Positions 20,229-31,287 of a stretch of DNA of 64,000 bases are shown in pieces. The notes beneath the pieces were generated by a model. That model had not been told where the DNA came from and did no database searches. It saw only the letters and a program-made list of their open reading frames with translations. The translations under genes were made by a program, and so were the position numbers. This DNA is from a virus. Lineage: Duplodnaviria > Caudoviricetes. Within the stretch, counting starts at the first letter, position 1. Each line of letters begins with the position of its first letter. The DNA lies in IMG/VR virus record IMGVR_UViG_3300013383_000028, positions 18,873 through 82,872 of that record. One strand, given 5' to 3'.

Positions 20229-20987
20229 ATGGCTGAAACATGGATATTAAATAAAAGTCTTAATCTTACTGGTAATGCCAAATATATAGCTAAGTTTACT
20301 TGCAATGGAAATGCTTATGCCGGCATTTCAACCACTACGGAGGTTGTAAAATATCTTTATTATGCTAGTACTGACGGTGGGCAAAGAGCATACACTAAGT
20401 ATGGTTGGGATAATGAGGTATATCGAACAATTGTATTTGACGAATCACCGTCCGGAACACTTCTGAGCTGGCTGCAACGTAATGGTGTAAAGCAAAGTAC
20501 CCCAGATCCAGTAATTGATGTTAATCATAAAACTTTAATAGACGGTACTGGTTATTCCATCAAGCGAGGGAAGGCGCTTATTGGCAGCACAGGGTACGAC
20601 ATCATCAGTGGGCGAGTGCTTGTCAGCGGCACTGGCTATGATATTGTATTTACGCCGAAAGCGTATGTTGTCACGGTGACACTGAGCAACTATACCTATG
20701 TCATATACAATGACACGCTCTATAGCAACGATACGGTTCTTTACGTTACACCCGGCGATTCTGTGCGATGTGTAGTTAACGCTCCACTGCGCGATGGTAG
20801 GACTGAAGTTGCCGTTAGAGTAAACGGAACGGAGGTCGAGACCTCGAGCTTTCAAGGGCCACCGCCGTATAGTCTCGGCCAATATAGTTATTACTATGAT
20901 TTTACGCCTGAATCTGACGCAACTGTTGTCGGAATAGTGGGAGGAGCAAATAGGCAGCAACATGGAGAAATTGACGTTACAACATAA
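20229..20987 (+). CDS. putative fibre-associated protein
   Basis: SD GAGGTG; Y/T-rich beta protein, AT-rich 5' half. Confidence 0.5.
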   Translation: MAETWILNKSLNLTGNAKYIAKFTCNGNAYAGISTTTEVVKYLYYASTDGGQRAYTKYGWDNEVYRTIVFDESPSGTLLSWLQRNGVKQSTPDPVIDVNHKTLIDGTGYSIKRGKALIGSTGYDIISGRVLVSGTGYDIVFTPKAYVVTVTLSNYTYVIYNDTLYSNDTVLYVTPGDSVRCVVNAPLRDGRTEVAVRVNGTEVETSSFQGPPPYSLGQYSYYYDFTPESDATVVGIVGGANRQQHGEIDVTT

Positions 20988-20999
20988 GGAGGCAAAAAA

Positions 21000-21392
21000 A
21001 TGATCTATTTCAAAGTAAATAACACTGAATACTCGGCAAGTATCGCCGGTAAAATAACCGACCGCGAATGGGATAACCGCGAATCCAAGGCGGTCACGCT
21101 CGAAATTACATATGCAGAGGCCGCGCAACTCTTTGTCGACGGCCTGAGTTGGTCGATTGTGCAGCGCGATACTGTGCCAGTTTACGACGAGAGTGGAAAC
21201 CCAACAGGCGAAACCACTGAGCAGGTGCAGGAATTTGATAACTCTGATTTCTGCGTTGCAGGTTCGATCACGGACAACCGCAACCGCACATGTACCTGCA
21301 AGATGGGTAAAAAGACCGAGGTCGAGATCCTGCGCGAAACCTCCGCAGACGCGGAGCAGGCGGCAAAGATTCTTCTTGGGGAGGCGGAATGA
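21000..21392 (+). CDS. hypothetical protein (fibre chaperone-like position)
   Basis: SD AAGGAGG; 130 aa. Confidence 0.6.
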   Translation: MIYFKVNNTEYSASIAGKITDREWDNRESKAVTLEITYAEAAQLFVDGLSWSIVQRDTVPVYDESGNPTGETTEQVQEFDNSDFCVAGSITDNRNRTCTCKMGKKTEVEILRETSADAEQAAKILLGEAE

Positions 21393-21853
21393 TGGCTACT
21401 TACACGGAAAGAGCGAGGGCGCTGCGCCCGTTTATCGTCAAAGCATCTGCCAGTCTGAGCGACGAAGATGCGCTGAAGGCGAAGGAACTGTACGCCCGTT
21501 GGGCACCAGATATGGTAGTCGAACCCGGTGACCGACTTGTTTTTGCCGTCGATGGCGTGGACAAGCTTTATCGCGTAAATGAGGGACAGGGGCACACTAC
21601 GCAGCTCGGCTGGGAGCCGGACAAGACGCCTGCACTGTTCACCGTCATTGACGAAACCCACGCAGGCACGAAGGAAGATCCGATACCGGCATCTCGTGGC
21701 ATGGAATATACATACGGTCTGTACTACACAGACCCGGAAGACAGCAAACTGTACCTCTGCGAGCGTACTGGCGCAACTGCTGGCAGCAAGATTACACTGC
21801 AGTATTTGCCGCACGAACTGATCGGACAGTATTTTACGGAGGCGGCGGTTTGA
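21389..21853 (+). CDS. hypothetical protein with carbohydrate-binding-like motif
   Basis: LYRVNEGQGHTTQLGWEPDKTPALF pattern of small CBM-like phage proteins. Confidence 0.55.
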   Translation: MMATYTERARALRPFIVKASASLSDEDALKAKELYARWAPDMVVEPGDRLVFAVDGVDKLYRVNEGQGHTTQLGWEPDKTPALFTVIDETHAGTKEDPIPASRGMEYTYGLYYTDPEDSKLYLCERTGATAGSKITLQYLPHELIGQYFTEAAV

Positions 21854-22023
21854 AAGCTTATTGCGAATATGCATACCGGAAAAACGGAGACGCGAGCCTG
21901 CATTGCCGACGCTTGAAAGAAAACGGTGAAAGGCATGACTGGTGTGCGCATCAGTATTTGTGCAGCAGGACAAAAAAGTGGGAAGCTTCAGACGGGGCTT
22001 CACACTGCAATATCAAAACCTAG
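21850..22023 (+). CDS. small Cys/His-rich protein (57 aa)
   Basis: TTG start overlapping upstream TGA; MKAYCEYAY...HC...WCAHQYLC...HC. Confidence 0.45.
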   Translation: MKAYCEYAYRKNGDASLHCRRLKENGERHDWCAHQYLCSRTKKWEASDGASHCNIKT

Positions 22024-22067
22024 CATACAATCAATAAAGCCATACAGCCGAAAGGAGTTGTGAAAGT

Positions 22068-22646
22068 ATGGAGAAGATCGTTGTCACGAAAGAAAAACTC
22101 ATGCAGATGCCGGACTATGTGACGCTGCGTGAGAAAATGGAGTTCGTCAAGGAAGCGGCAGACCTCTGCTTTGACCGTGTGGAGCTGAAAATCGACGGGG
22201 GGCTGGACAGCATGCCGATGCCGCCGCTCTACAAGGAAAACACTGCGATCAAGAGCTGCGTCCTCATGTCGGCATATGCGAAGCTCTATCTCAGCGAGCC
22301 ATATGAGACCGAGAAAAACCAGTGGCTTATGACAGAATCGGACTATGACCGATTCGCCGCAAGCCACATCATGAACCAGATCGAGCGGCTGAAACGCTAT
22401 GACGGCGAGGTACGTGATAAGGCGTTTGACGTGATCGCAGACATGCGAGACCTCGAAAAACGGCTGAACACCGAAGTTTACGGTTTGACGCAGGTCATGA
22501 ATGAACCGGTCACGCGCATCATCATGGCACTGCAGCAGCAGACCACGCCGGAGGCTGTCAGCGGCGCTCTGAACGAACTGAAGGACGCGCAGAAGGCATT
22601 CGCCGACTACATGGATTCTCGGCAGAAGCAGGCGGAGGAAGGCTGA
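22068..22646 (+). CDS. hypothetical protein
   Basis: SD AAGGAG; 192 aa helical. Confidence 0.65.
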   Translation: MEKIVVTKEKLMQMPDYVTLREKMEFVKEAADLCFDRVELKIDGGLDSMPMPPLYKENTAIKSCVLMSAYAKLYLSEPYETEKNQWLMTESDYDRFAASHIMNQIERLKRYDGEVRDKAFDVIADMRDLEKRLNTEVYGLTQVMNEPVTRIIMALQQQTTPEAVSGALNELKDAQKAFADYMDSRQKQAEEG

Positions 22647-22647
22647 A

Positions 22648-23334
22648 ATGGCGGTATCGGTCAACTCGGACACTTATCCGTATGACAGAATCCAGTCTGG
22701 ATTTACGCGGCTGCGCGGCACAGAGGAAATCCCTATCAAGATCTTAAAGTACCTGATGGATTTGCCCCTGCCGGGATACACGCCGATAGACGATAACGAC
22801 CGCGCCCGTGTGCGCCTGATGAAGTATCTGTGGTATGACGGTGCAAGGCCACTGGCAAATCCACTGCCCACGCCGACTGAGAAGCTGTCCATGCTGTTTG
22901 ATGGTGATAACCCCGTCCTCAACACGCAAGAGGAAAAGGCACGGCATCCAAAAGGCTACAGAATCTACCCACAGCGCGTCTGGGGGCAGAGCGATACGGA
23001 AGCTGATACGACGCTGAAACTTTATCTCGGCCGAACCATCGCGAAGGACAACTTCCATACAGTGCTTGGACTTCAGTTCGAGATCCTTGTGAACGTCAAC
23101 ATGGAGAACACAACGCGGACGGACGCATATTCCAGAGCCTATAACATCGAGCAGTGCATCATTGAAGCGCTGCATGGCGTAAACATCACGGGCATCGGTG
23201 TCATCGACTTTGACCGGTATGCGCATGCAGACAACGGGAGCAAGAGTGGTTTTGACTATGGCAACCATGTCCTTCGGCTTCCCCACATGAGCGTAGAGTG
23301 GTGCGATTCCGAAATGGACATGCCCAGTGACTGA
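22648..23334 (+). CDS. putative tail completion/terminator protein
   Basis: Synteny before tail tube block. Confidence 0.4.
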   Translation: MAVSVNSDTYPYDRIQSGFTRLRGTEEIPIKILKYLMDLPLPGYTPIDDNDRARVRLMKYLWYDGARPLANPLPTPTEKLSMLFDGDNPVLNTQEEKARHPKGYRIYPQRVWGQSDTEADTTLKLYLGRTIAKDNFHTVLGLQFEILVNVNMENTTRTDAYSRAYNIEQCIIEALHGVNITGIGVIDFDRYAHADNGSKSGFDYGNHVLRLPHMSVEWCDSEMDMPSD

Positions 23335-23354
23335 CAAACCTAATATTGTCTAAC

Positions 23355-23431
23355 CTGTGCCGAAATGGCGGCACAGAAGAGCTAATGGAGCTGTGAACGC
23401 AGGAGAACTGCGTTTGCGGCTCCTTTTGTGT
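23355..23431 (+). promoter_or_regulatory. dual-hairpin + terminator RNA element, copy 2 (before tail genes)
   Basis: CTGTGCCG-AAATGG-CGGCACAG, AAGAGCTAATGGAGCT, terminator stem + TTTT. Confidence 0.75.
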
Positions 23432-23465
23432 TCAATACAGCAAACAGAAAGGCGAGGAAATAAAA

Positions 23466-24299
23466 ATGCAAGACCTTTCTCCTGAAGTGGCAAGAGCCAT
23501 TCGGCGATTCGAACCGATTGAAACCGAAGGCCTGACACTATATCCAATCCGCGTCAAGGACATCATTGAGTTCACCATCGCGCGACCGGCAATCGAGTTT
23601 ATGCAGCAGAGTCTCCCTGTGGCGATGCTGTCTAAGCCGCTTTTGCAGGCGTACTACCAGATGGAGCTTGACGCGGCGGCAAGCGGACAGCCCGGAAGTG
23701 GAAGCTTCTATAAGAGCATCCTGTTCCTGCTGCTTGCGCTCCGCGCAGGCGATGGCCTTTCAGCCGAGAAACGGATGGAGCTTGTAGACATCGAACCGGA
23801 TGAGAACAATCCGATGCGGCTGAAAAGTGTGCTCATTTTCGTGGGTGGGGAAGTCAAAAAAATCACCCCCATGCGGTTCCAGCGTCTGCGACCGATTTTG
23901 GCGGCTCAGAACGGCATTGAGCTGCTATCTGAGAATGCCAACCCTGAGTTGGTGCAGGCGGAACGCGACCTTGCGGAAATGAACGCGCCGAATCTGCAAT
24001 ATGACGTCTTGGCACTGAAAGCCACGATTGCAACGGTTTCCGGTGCAGACGAATCGGAGATGGAAGAATGGCCGATTCTGAAGCTTCTGCGCAGGCGTGA
24101 CGCAGTTCAGCGGCTCGTCGGGTTCGTCACATGCAGTTTCGCGGAGTCGCAGGGCGGCAAGTGGAAGCATGGAAACCCGTACCCCAGCCCTCTGTATGAC
24201 CGCGAGATCGACTACTGCGGCGGGCTGATCGATATGTCTACGTTCGCTGGCGGAGCCGGTATGCGGGCTGTCCAGAATGCAGGAAACAAAACAACCTAA
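23466..24299 (+). CDS. putative tail assembly chaperone
   Basis: Helical 277 aa next to major tail gene. Confidence 0.4.
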   Translation: MQDLSPEVARAIRRFEPIETEGLTLYPIRVKDIIEFTIARPAIEFMQQSLPVAMLSKPLLQAYYQMELDAAASGQPGSGSFYKSILFLLLALRAGDGLSAEKRMELVDIEPDENNPMRLKSVLIFVGGEVKKITPMRFQRLRPILAAQNGIELLSENANPELVQAERDLAEMNAPNLQYDVLALKATIATVSGADESEMEEWPILKLLRRRDAVQRLVGFVTCSFAESQGGKWKHGNPYPSPLYDREIDYCGGLIDMSTFAGGAGMRAVQNAGNKTT

Positions 24300-24342
24300 C
24301 ACACAAACATCTTTCTGAAACACGCAAAGGAGTGACAAAAGA

Positions 24343-25473
24343 ATGATTCGTTTTACTGATTCCCGTCTTTATGCAAAAGGCATCGGCGAAGCAATCTGCA
24401 CCGATAAGACTACCGGCCAGATTCTGTACTTCTCCAACAAGTTCCAGACCGGTAACGTGACGCCGAGCGTCACCATCGGTGAAATCCGCGCCGGTCTTGG
24501 CAACGCTATCGCGACTACGCTTCCTTCCGACGCTTCCGTCAACGTAGAGTTCACGGCGGCTGACTTCAACCTGTGGGCAAAGGCCGCGCAGATGGGCGCA
24601 ATGCTCCGCCACAACGCGCCAGTTATGGTTTGCCAGACCGTTACCGCTGATGGCACATTGCTTTCCATCGACATCACCGAGGGTACGCCTGTCGCGCAGA
24701 AGGGCTTCTCCAAGATCTTCTGCTATGTACAAGAAGTCGGTGCTGCTTCTCCGATTGCGACCGGCGGCGTATCTTACGACCTGAACCCGACTACCGGTGC
24801 AGTCACTGGATTTACCGCGACGTCCGGCAAGACCTACAAGGTCTTCTACTTCGTCAACAAGGCCACTGCACAGATCGCAACCATCACCACGGCAATGGAC
24901 CCGAAGGTCGTTCACTTCATCGCAACGGTTGCGGTCTTCTCCACTGCTTCCGGCTCCGCACAGAACGAGGGCACTCGCGTTGGTACGCTGTACATCATCA
25001 TCCCGTCTCTGAAGTTCGGCGCGAACGGCGGCGTCACTGGCGACCAGACCAGCAACGATACTACGTCCCTGTCTGGTCAGGCAATCGCGTATGACCCGGA
25101 TGTCATCACTGACGGCTGCGATGAATGCACCGGCGCAGGCAGCGACCTTGCGTACTACATCTACCAGCCGTGCGGCTCTGGTGTTGAGGAAATCGAGGGT
25201 GTCGTTGCCAGCATCGGCGGCATTTCTCTCAAGGCGTCCTCCACCTATCAGATGCAGCCGCGTATCGCCATGAAGAATGGCGAGCTGGTCAAGGGTGACG
25301 CGAATACCTTCACCTACACTGCGACTGGCGCTCCCGAGGGCACGACCGTTGGTGCAAACACTGGCCTTATCACGGCCGGCGCTACTGCCGGTGACTTCAC
25401 GGTTGAGGTCAGCTATACCGCAGGCGAGTCCACGTTCAAGGACACCTGCGAGGTCGAGGTCACTTCGGCCTAA
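24343..25473 (+). CDS. major tail protein with C-terminal Ig-like domain
   Basis: Strong codon bias like the capsid gene, T-rich, two genes before tape measure. Confidence 0.7.
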   Translation: MIRFTDSRLYAKGIGEAICTDKTTGQILYFSNKFQTGNVTPSVTIGEIRAGLGNAIATTLPSDASVNVEFTAADFNLWAKAAQMGAMLRHNAPVMVCQTVTADGTLLSIDITEGTPVAQKGFSKIFCYVQEVGAASPIATGGVSYDLNPTTGAVTGFTATSGKTYKVFYFVNKATAQIATITTAMDPKVVHFIATVAVFSTASGSAQNEGTRVGTLYIIIPSLKFGANGGVTGDQTSNDTTSLSGQAIAYDPDVITDGCDECTGAGSDLAYYIYQPCGSGVEEIEGVVASIGGISLKASSTYQMQPRIAMKNGELVKGDANTFTYTATGAPEGTTVGANTGLITAGATAGDFTVEVSYTAGESTFKDTCEVEVTSA

Positions 25474-25588
25474 ATAACCTGCTACCCGGAGGGGAGAAAT
25501 CCTCTCCGGGAAATGCGCAAACCGATCAATATTCAGTGCAAGCGAGATGTTGGTAGGCTTGCGCATTTTTCGCATTCAGGAGGCAGAT

Positions 25589-26053
25589 ATGTCGATTGAA
25601 GATTTCGTGATTAAATTCAACGCCGCGCTTGACCAGTCCATTCACAGAGCAATGGAAGGTCCTGTGACCGACAGCGTAAAAGCGGCTATTACAGAAGCCG
25701 TTCAGACAGAAGTCTACGACGCCTACGAGCGCGGGGATTATCTTCCGTACATACGCCGCGACGAGGTAGGCAAGACCGGTGGCCTTCAGGACTGGAACGT
25801 TATGGAGTCGAAGTATGACCCGTCGACCATGACGCTGGAAGTCCAGAATATGAGCCGTGACGATGATACTGGACGTTTGATTGCGCCGGTTGTAGAAAGC
25901 GGCAAGGGATATCAGTGGAAAAAGTCGACGATTTACAAAACAAAGCAGCCGCGCCCATTCCACAAAGAGGCTCAGAGCATGGTAATGCGTGAGGGTATGT
26001 TCTCGGATGCCCTTCGGTACCAGCTCAAAAGAGACGGATTCGACCCTAAGTGA
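25589..26053 (+). CDS. putative tail component (HK97 gp10-like)
   Basis: GGAGG SD; C-terminal PRPF motif. Confidence 0.45.
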   Translation: MSIEDFVIKFNAALDQSIHRAMEGPVTDSVKAAITEAVQTEVYDAYERGDYLPYIRRDEVGKTGGLQDWNVMESKYDPSTMTLEVQNMSRDDDTGRLIAPVVESGKGYQWKKSTIYKTKQPRPFHKEAQSMVMREGMFSDALRYQLKRDGFDPK

Positions 26054-26068
26054 TAGGAGGAAGATTGA

Positions 26069-29000
26069 ATGGCAGATTTTGAAAAGGTTCAACTTCAGGT
26101 AGAGGTTATCCGCACGCAGCTTGATTCGCTGGTGAAGGATGTAAACGGCCTGAAGGATCAGAAACTGAAACTCACTGTTGATTCCTCCGGGCTGGAAGCA
26201 ATCAATCGGTTCAACACCTCTGTGCAGGCTATTACGCAGAATGTAGATGGTCTGAGCGGAAAGTTTACAAAGGTTTGGGCTGGCGCAGCAGATGGCGCAC
26301 CGACCAGAACGATTGAAACCGTCAACGAAGGCCTTGGCCGCACAACTGAAATTATTCGGACTCTTGATAAGGAAACTCAGGAGTACACGACGGCTCAGAC
26401 AAAAACAACTACCAACTACGATGCGATGGCAAAAGCGGCACAAAAGGCCGCTGAACAAAATCAAAAAGCAGCAGATCAGGCGAGAGCATACCTACTCACA
26501 GAAGAACAGGCAGCACAGAAAGCTGCATCTGTCTATAACCCCACGCCGATGCAGCAGCAAATCGAGGCACTGACCGGTGTAAGCAACGCCACTAAGAGCG
26601 CAGCAGATAGTGCAAGGGTTTTTGAACAGGCGTGGGCAGACGCTTCCGGAAAGTCCACCGCTTCCGCGCAGCAGCAGGCGCAAGCGGCACAGAATGCGGC
26701 ATCCAAGGTCGATACGCTTCGCAAAGGCTTCGCCGATCTCGGATTACAGATGACTTCCGCAGCGGATAAATACCCTGCGGGCACTTTTGATACTATTCAG
26801 TCGGATGCGCGACAGGCAAGTGCCGCGCTGGAAGAACTGTATAACAGTTGGAAAAGTGGAACCATCAGCGATCAGGAATTTATCGCTGGCGTAAAGGATG
26901 CTTCTGGTTCGTTGAAAAACCTTCGGGCGAACTACGCAGAGACACGCAACGAGACGGATAAGCTCACGAACTCCACCAACGTCCTTGGTGATACGTTCAG
27001 CCATATCGTCGGAAAAATCACCGTCTGGCAGGTCGTGAATGCGGCTGTTGCAAAGGTAAAGCGGTCGTTTACTGAAGCTATCGACACGATGAAGCAGGTC
27101 GACACTGAAATGACGGCCATCCAAAAGGTCACTGGCAACACCGCTGCCGAAATGGAGAAACTGGGCGATTCGGCGTATGAAGCTGCTTCCAAGTATGGCG
27201 TCGCAGTCACGGACTATCTGGAATCTGTCGGTACGTTCGCAAAGGCCGGTTATAAGGATATGTCGGAAGACATGGCAGAGCTTGCAACGAAGACACAGCT
27301 CGTCGGCGATGTGACTTCCGATATTGCGAACCAGTTTATCCTTTCCGCTGATGCGGCGTTCCAGATGAAGGGCAACGTCGATGAACTCAATACCGTCCTC
27401 GACAAGGCAAACGAGATCGAAAACAATTACGCCACATCTATTCAGAAGATGGCCGAAGGCTTCCCGATTGTTGCAAATGTCGCATCGATGGCGAACATGT
27501 CCGTTGATGAACTGATGGCGGCACTTGGCACAATCACGGCTGTCACGCAGGAATCCGGTACAAAGGCAGCAACCGCTCTCCGCGCCCTGATCCTGAACAT
27601 TATCGGAGATACAGAAACAGAAATTGAAGACGGCGTTTCTTGGACGAAGGAAGAAATCAACAGCCTTAACGACGCTCTCTGGATTTACGCCGAGGATGCA
27701 ATGAGGGCTGCGCAGGAATCAGGAAAGCTCGTAGATCCAATGAAAGCGATTGCGAGCCTTTCCCAAGCCTATAAGGACGGTCTTCTGAACCAAGCGGAAC
27801 TGGCTGACCTAGAATCCAAACTTGGCGGCAAGCTCCGAACCAATCAGCTTGATGCGCTTATCAAGAACTACGATATGTACGCCGAGATGCTGAATAAGGT
27901 AGCAAACTCTGCTGGCAGCGCCGACAAAGAAGTTGACATCATGCTGACGAGCTGGGATGCCAAGGCAAAAATTCTCAACAATACATGGACGAAGTTTATT
28001 GCAGACACGGTTGACACCGACTGGGCGAAAGGACTACTTGATACACTTACATGGCTGATTGAAGGATTCGGAAGTCTTGGAACAGCTGTCACTATTTTCG
28101 GCGGCGTTCTTGTCGCATTCAAATGGAACAATATCGTAAGCAGCTTCAAAACTCTTGGAAGCGTTATTGGGGCGCTTCCTATGCTGTTCAGCAGTGCGAA
28201 GGGCGGAGCAGCTGGATTCGATGCCGGCATGAAAGCGCTCAACATCTCGCTCACAAGTACACAGCTTCTTGTAGGCGCAGTTGTTGTGGCAATATCTGGG
28301 CTTGTAATTGCGTATAACAAAATTAAAGCGTCTATCGAAGAATCAAGGCAAGCGGCCATCGACGCAGGAGAAGCTTCTACCACGGAAGCGAAAGAAATCG
28401 TATCTCTATATCAGAACTACGAAGATCTTAGAAAAGCAGTCGAGGACGGAACAGGGTCTAAAACCGAGTTCATTGATGCGTCCGATAAACTGATTGACAA
28501 GCTCGGAATCGAGAAGAGCAGCGTATACGACCTCAAGAAAGAACTCGGCGGGTTAACCGGAGCCTATAAGGAAGCCACGGCAGCAAAAATCGAAAGTGCG
28601 TTGTATGACGCAAAATCCGCAACTGCTGCAGCCAGAAAAAACCTCTTAGAGGGGAGCGGATACAGTGCAGCGCTGTATGGAGGGCCGGAAAAAGCTGCTG
28701 CTGAAGCTCAAAAAGAATATGACAGGCTTGTCTCAAAGCGCAATGAGATGCTTGACAACGGCGTTAGTTCTGGAAAAGCATACGAGAACATTACGTCTCG
28801 AATGTCCAAATTAAAGCCCCTTCTTGATGAGTACAACGCTGCAATCGAAGATCAAACATACCTTGAAGGTGCTCACAAAGCAGCTCTGGACGGAACACTT
28901 GATAGCTACCTGAAATCCGAGGGAACTGTCAACGACTACACAGATGCGCTGAACAATGCGGCAGACACTGAAAAGACAACAGTCGAAACACTCCAAGAGT

Positions 29001-31267
29001 ACGCGAAAACGCTGAAGCAGCAGGAAAGCGACCTGACAACTGCGTCGCAGGCGCTTGCTGAGTACCAGCAGAACGGCCGCGTCTCTGCATCTACAATGAA
29101 GTCACTTATCTCCATGAGTGACCAGTATGTAAATGCGCTGACGGATGAAAACGGCAAACTTGATGTTTCGGAGAAAAAGCTGCGTGACCTCGTAGACACA
29201 ATTTTGGACGATGTTGACGCGACGAACGACCTAATCGGCGTCACGAAGAAGTCCAGTGGAGCTATGGATAGCTTCGTCACTGGCCTTAAAAATGCAGCAA
29301 AGCAGTCCGGCGTAACGGATGATGCAATCGGAGATGTTGTTGCGAGCCTGATTATATTTAATAATACAGGTCTTTCTGTTAATGACAAAATCGCGGCGCT
29401 GCAGGCTCTCATTTTACAATTTGGCGTTTTGCAGTCTGTCGTTGACGGCATTAGCTTGAACAACATCGGCCGGGATGCAGGCATGACCGTAGAAGAAGCT
29501 CAGAAGAAATACGGCATGTCGCTTTCCGAAGCGCAGAGATATATCAACGACCAAACTGCGAAAGCCAAAAACAACGATCAGGCACTGATTGACTACTGGA
29601 ACTCCCTTGCTTCGAACATTCCAGAGACAAACACGTCTTCCGACGGCAGCTCCTCCGACGCAAACCTTGACGCACACAAACAGAAGGTCGAGCTTCTGAA
29701 ATCCGAGCTGACCCTGATGGAAAAACAGGGAGCCAGCGAGGACGCACAGAAGGCCAAGATGAAGCAGATCCAGCAGGCGCTTCATGCGCAGGCACAGTAT
29801 CTGCGCTCCATCGGCGGCAGTCAGGCAGATATCAACGCGCTCTCCGCAGAATGGTGGGAGTGGCAGGAGAAGATCAACGGCACGCTCAAGAGCACAGACG
29901 ACCTTCTGAGTGAGCTTCAGAGCGTTATGTCAGATAAGCTTTCTGACCTTTCTGACCAGCGGCAGAATGAACTCGACGCCATCGATGAGCAGATCGACGC
30001 GCTGAAACAGCAGAAGGAAACCCGCGACGAGCAGCTTGAGCTTGAGGAAAAAATCCTCGCAGTACAGGAAGCGCAGGCCAAGCTTGCCAACGCACAGAAC
30101 GAGCGCACAATCCGGCAGTATAATGCCCGCACCGGCCAATGGGAGTGGGTGGCCGACCAGAAAGAGGTCGACAGTGCACAGGAAGCCTTGGATGATGCGC
30201 AGAAAGACCTTGAGGACTTCAAGGCGGACATGGCCTATGAAGCGGCACTGGCTGAACTGCAGGCAAAGAAAGACGCAATCAACGATCAGTACGACGCGCT
30301 TGAAAAGAACTACAACAACTTCCTGAAGTCCCTCAAGGAAAAAACACGCGGCATTGGCGAAATCCTTCAGGATATCTGGAAAAACGCCACACCGGAACTC
30401 AAGCAGATCATCCTTGAGAACGCAGAGCTTTTCCGCCAGTTCGGTTTCGATGTCGCGGAACTGTCCGACGCGGTGAAGGATACGGCAAAGAAATTGTATG
30501 GTGTATCCGCGAACGGTGACAGGTATGAAATTGGAAGTGATAAGGGACTGGACTTTATCGACAATAAGCCTGCTGGCTCCACCATGACCGGCGGCGATGG
30601 CTCCACATGGACAAAAAATGCTGACGGAACAGTCACAATCGTTGATAAGGACGGCATTTCTTACACTGTATATCCGGACGGAAACTCTGGAAATTCCAAC
30701 AGCGGCTCATCTGGCGGACAAAAGTACAGCGGGACTGTTCGGGCGATCAGAAACGATGGTAACGGTGATGACTACACGATATCCAGCGCAGCAGGTCTGA
30801 ACTTCCTGAACAATGAACCTGCCGGCGCAACGATGCGTGGCGGTGACGGTTCGTACTGGGTCAAGAATGCGGACGGAACAACGTCCATTACTGACAAGTA
30901 CGGTATCGGCTATACGGTCTACGACAGGGGCGGCATCCTTCACGGGATGGGTGGCATCAAGGCCACTATGCAGGATGAAGGAATCACGCCACCGGACGTA
31001 ACGGCGCTGCTCAAGAAGCGGCTGCTGTCACCGGTTGGAGACGCGAATTTCGACCGAAATATGGATGCGTTGAGATGGATGCTGTCTGAGCGCGGGATCG
31101 GCGCTGAATCGGTCTCCAACGCTTCCTACGACAACCACAGTATCGGCACGCAACACAATGGCAACCTGTATCAGTTCGGCAATGTAACGATCGGCGAGCG
31201 GCAAGCATGCGACACAAGCGTCAAGAGGTTCGCAGATCTCGCATTTGGACTTGGAAACTTCAGTTAA
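26069..31267 (+). CDS. tape measure protein
   Basis: 1732-aa helical A-rich protein with TP901-type core (ATKTQLVGD, ALGTITAVTQESG, LGGKLRTNQLDAL). Confidence 0.9.
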   Translation: MADFEKVQLQVEVIRTQLDSLVKDVNGLKDQKLKLTVDSSGLEAINRFNTSVQAITQNVDGLSGKFTKVWAGAADGAPTRTIETVNEGLGRTTEIIRTLDKETQEYTTAQTKTTTNYDAMAKAAQKAAEQNQKAADQARAYLLTEEQAAQKAASVYNPTPMQQQIEALTGVSNATKSAADSARVFEQAWADASGKSTASAQQQAQAAQNAASKVDTLRKGFADLGLQMTSAADKYPAGTFDTIQSDARQASAALEELYNSWKSGTISDQEFIAGVKDASGSLKNLRANYAETRNETDKLTNSTNVLGDTFSHIVGKITVWQVVNAAVAKVKRSFTEAIDTMKQVDTEMTAIQKVTGNTAAEMEKLGDSAYEAASKYGVAVTDYLESVGTFAKAGYKDMSEDMAELATKTQLVGDVTSDIANQFILSADAAFQMKGNVDELNTVLDKANEIENNYATSIQKMAEGFPIVANVASMANMSVDELMAALGTITAVTQESGTKAATALRALILNIIGDTETEIEDGVSWTKEEINSLNDALWIYAEDAMRAAQESGKLVDPMKAIASLSQAYKDGLLNQAELADLESKLGGKLRTNQLDALIKNYDMYAEMLNKVANSAGSADKEVDIMLTSWDAKAKILNNTWTKFIADTVDTDWAKGLLDTLTWLIEGFGSLGTAVTIFGGVLVAFKWNNIVSSFKTLGSVIGALPMLFSSAKGGAAGFDAGMKALNISLTSTQLLVGAVVVAISGLVIAYNKIKASIEESRQAAIDAGEASTTEAKEIVSLYQNYEDLRKAVEDGTGSKTEFIDASDKLIDKLGIEKSSVYDLKKELGGLTGAYKEATAAKIESALYDAKSATAAARKNLLEGSGYSAALYGGPEKAAAEAQKEYDRLVSKRNEMLDNGVSSGKAYENITSRMSKLKPLLDEYNAAIEDQTYLEGAHKAALDGTLDSYLKSEGTVNDYTDALNNAADTEKTTVETLQEYAKTLKQQESDLTTASQALAEYQQNGRVSASTMKSLISMSDQYVNALTDENGKLDVSEKKLRDLVDTILDDVDATNDLIGVTKKSSGAMDSFVTGLKNAAKQSGVTDDAIGDVVASLIIFNNTGLSVNDKIAALQALILQFGVLQSVVDGISLNNIGRDAGMTVEEAQKKYGMSLSEAQRYINDQTAKAKNNDQALIDYWNSLASNIPETNTSSDGSSSDANLDAHKQKVELLKSELTLMEKQGASEDAQKAKMKQIQQALHAQAQYLRSIGGSQADINALSAEWWEWQEKINGTLKSTDDLLSELQSVMSDKLSDLSDQRQNELDAIDEQIDALKQQKETRDEQLELEEKILAVQEAQAKLANAQNERTIRQYNARTGQWEWVADQKEVDSAQEALDDAQKDLEDFKADMAYEAALAELQAKKDAINDQYDALEKNYNNFLKSLKEKTRGIGEILQDIWKNATPELKQIILENAELFRQFGFDVAELSDAVKDTAKKLYGVSANGDRYEIGSDKGLDFIDNKPAGSTMTGGDGSTWTKNADGTVTIVDKDGISYTVYPDGNSGNSNSGSSGGQKYSGTVRAIRNDGNGDDYTISSAAGLNFLNNEPAGATMRGGDGSYWVKNADGTTSITDKYGIGYTVYDRGGILHGMGGIKATMQDEGITPPDVTALLKKRLLSPVGDANFDRNMDALRWMLSERGIGAESVSNASYDNHSIGTQHNGNLYQFGNVTIGERQACDTSVKRFADLAFGLGNFS

Positions 31268-31287
31268 AACGGAACGGAGGAAAGATT

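Noticed and set aside
23850-23870. Tail-chaperone -1 frameshift at the A7 run
   Set aside because: Heptamer is not in XXXYYYZ register with the codons, and there is no obvious overlapping downstream ORF.
9772-25575. Long antisense ORFs (9772-11052, 11967-13094, 17491-18783, 24238-25575)
   Set aside because: They mirror highly codon-biased structural genes, lack SDs and have implausible composition; treated as shadow ORFs.
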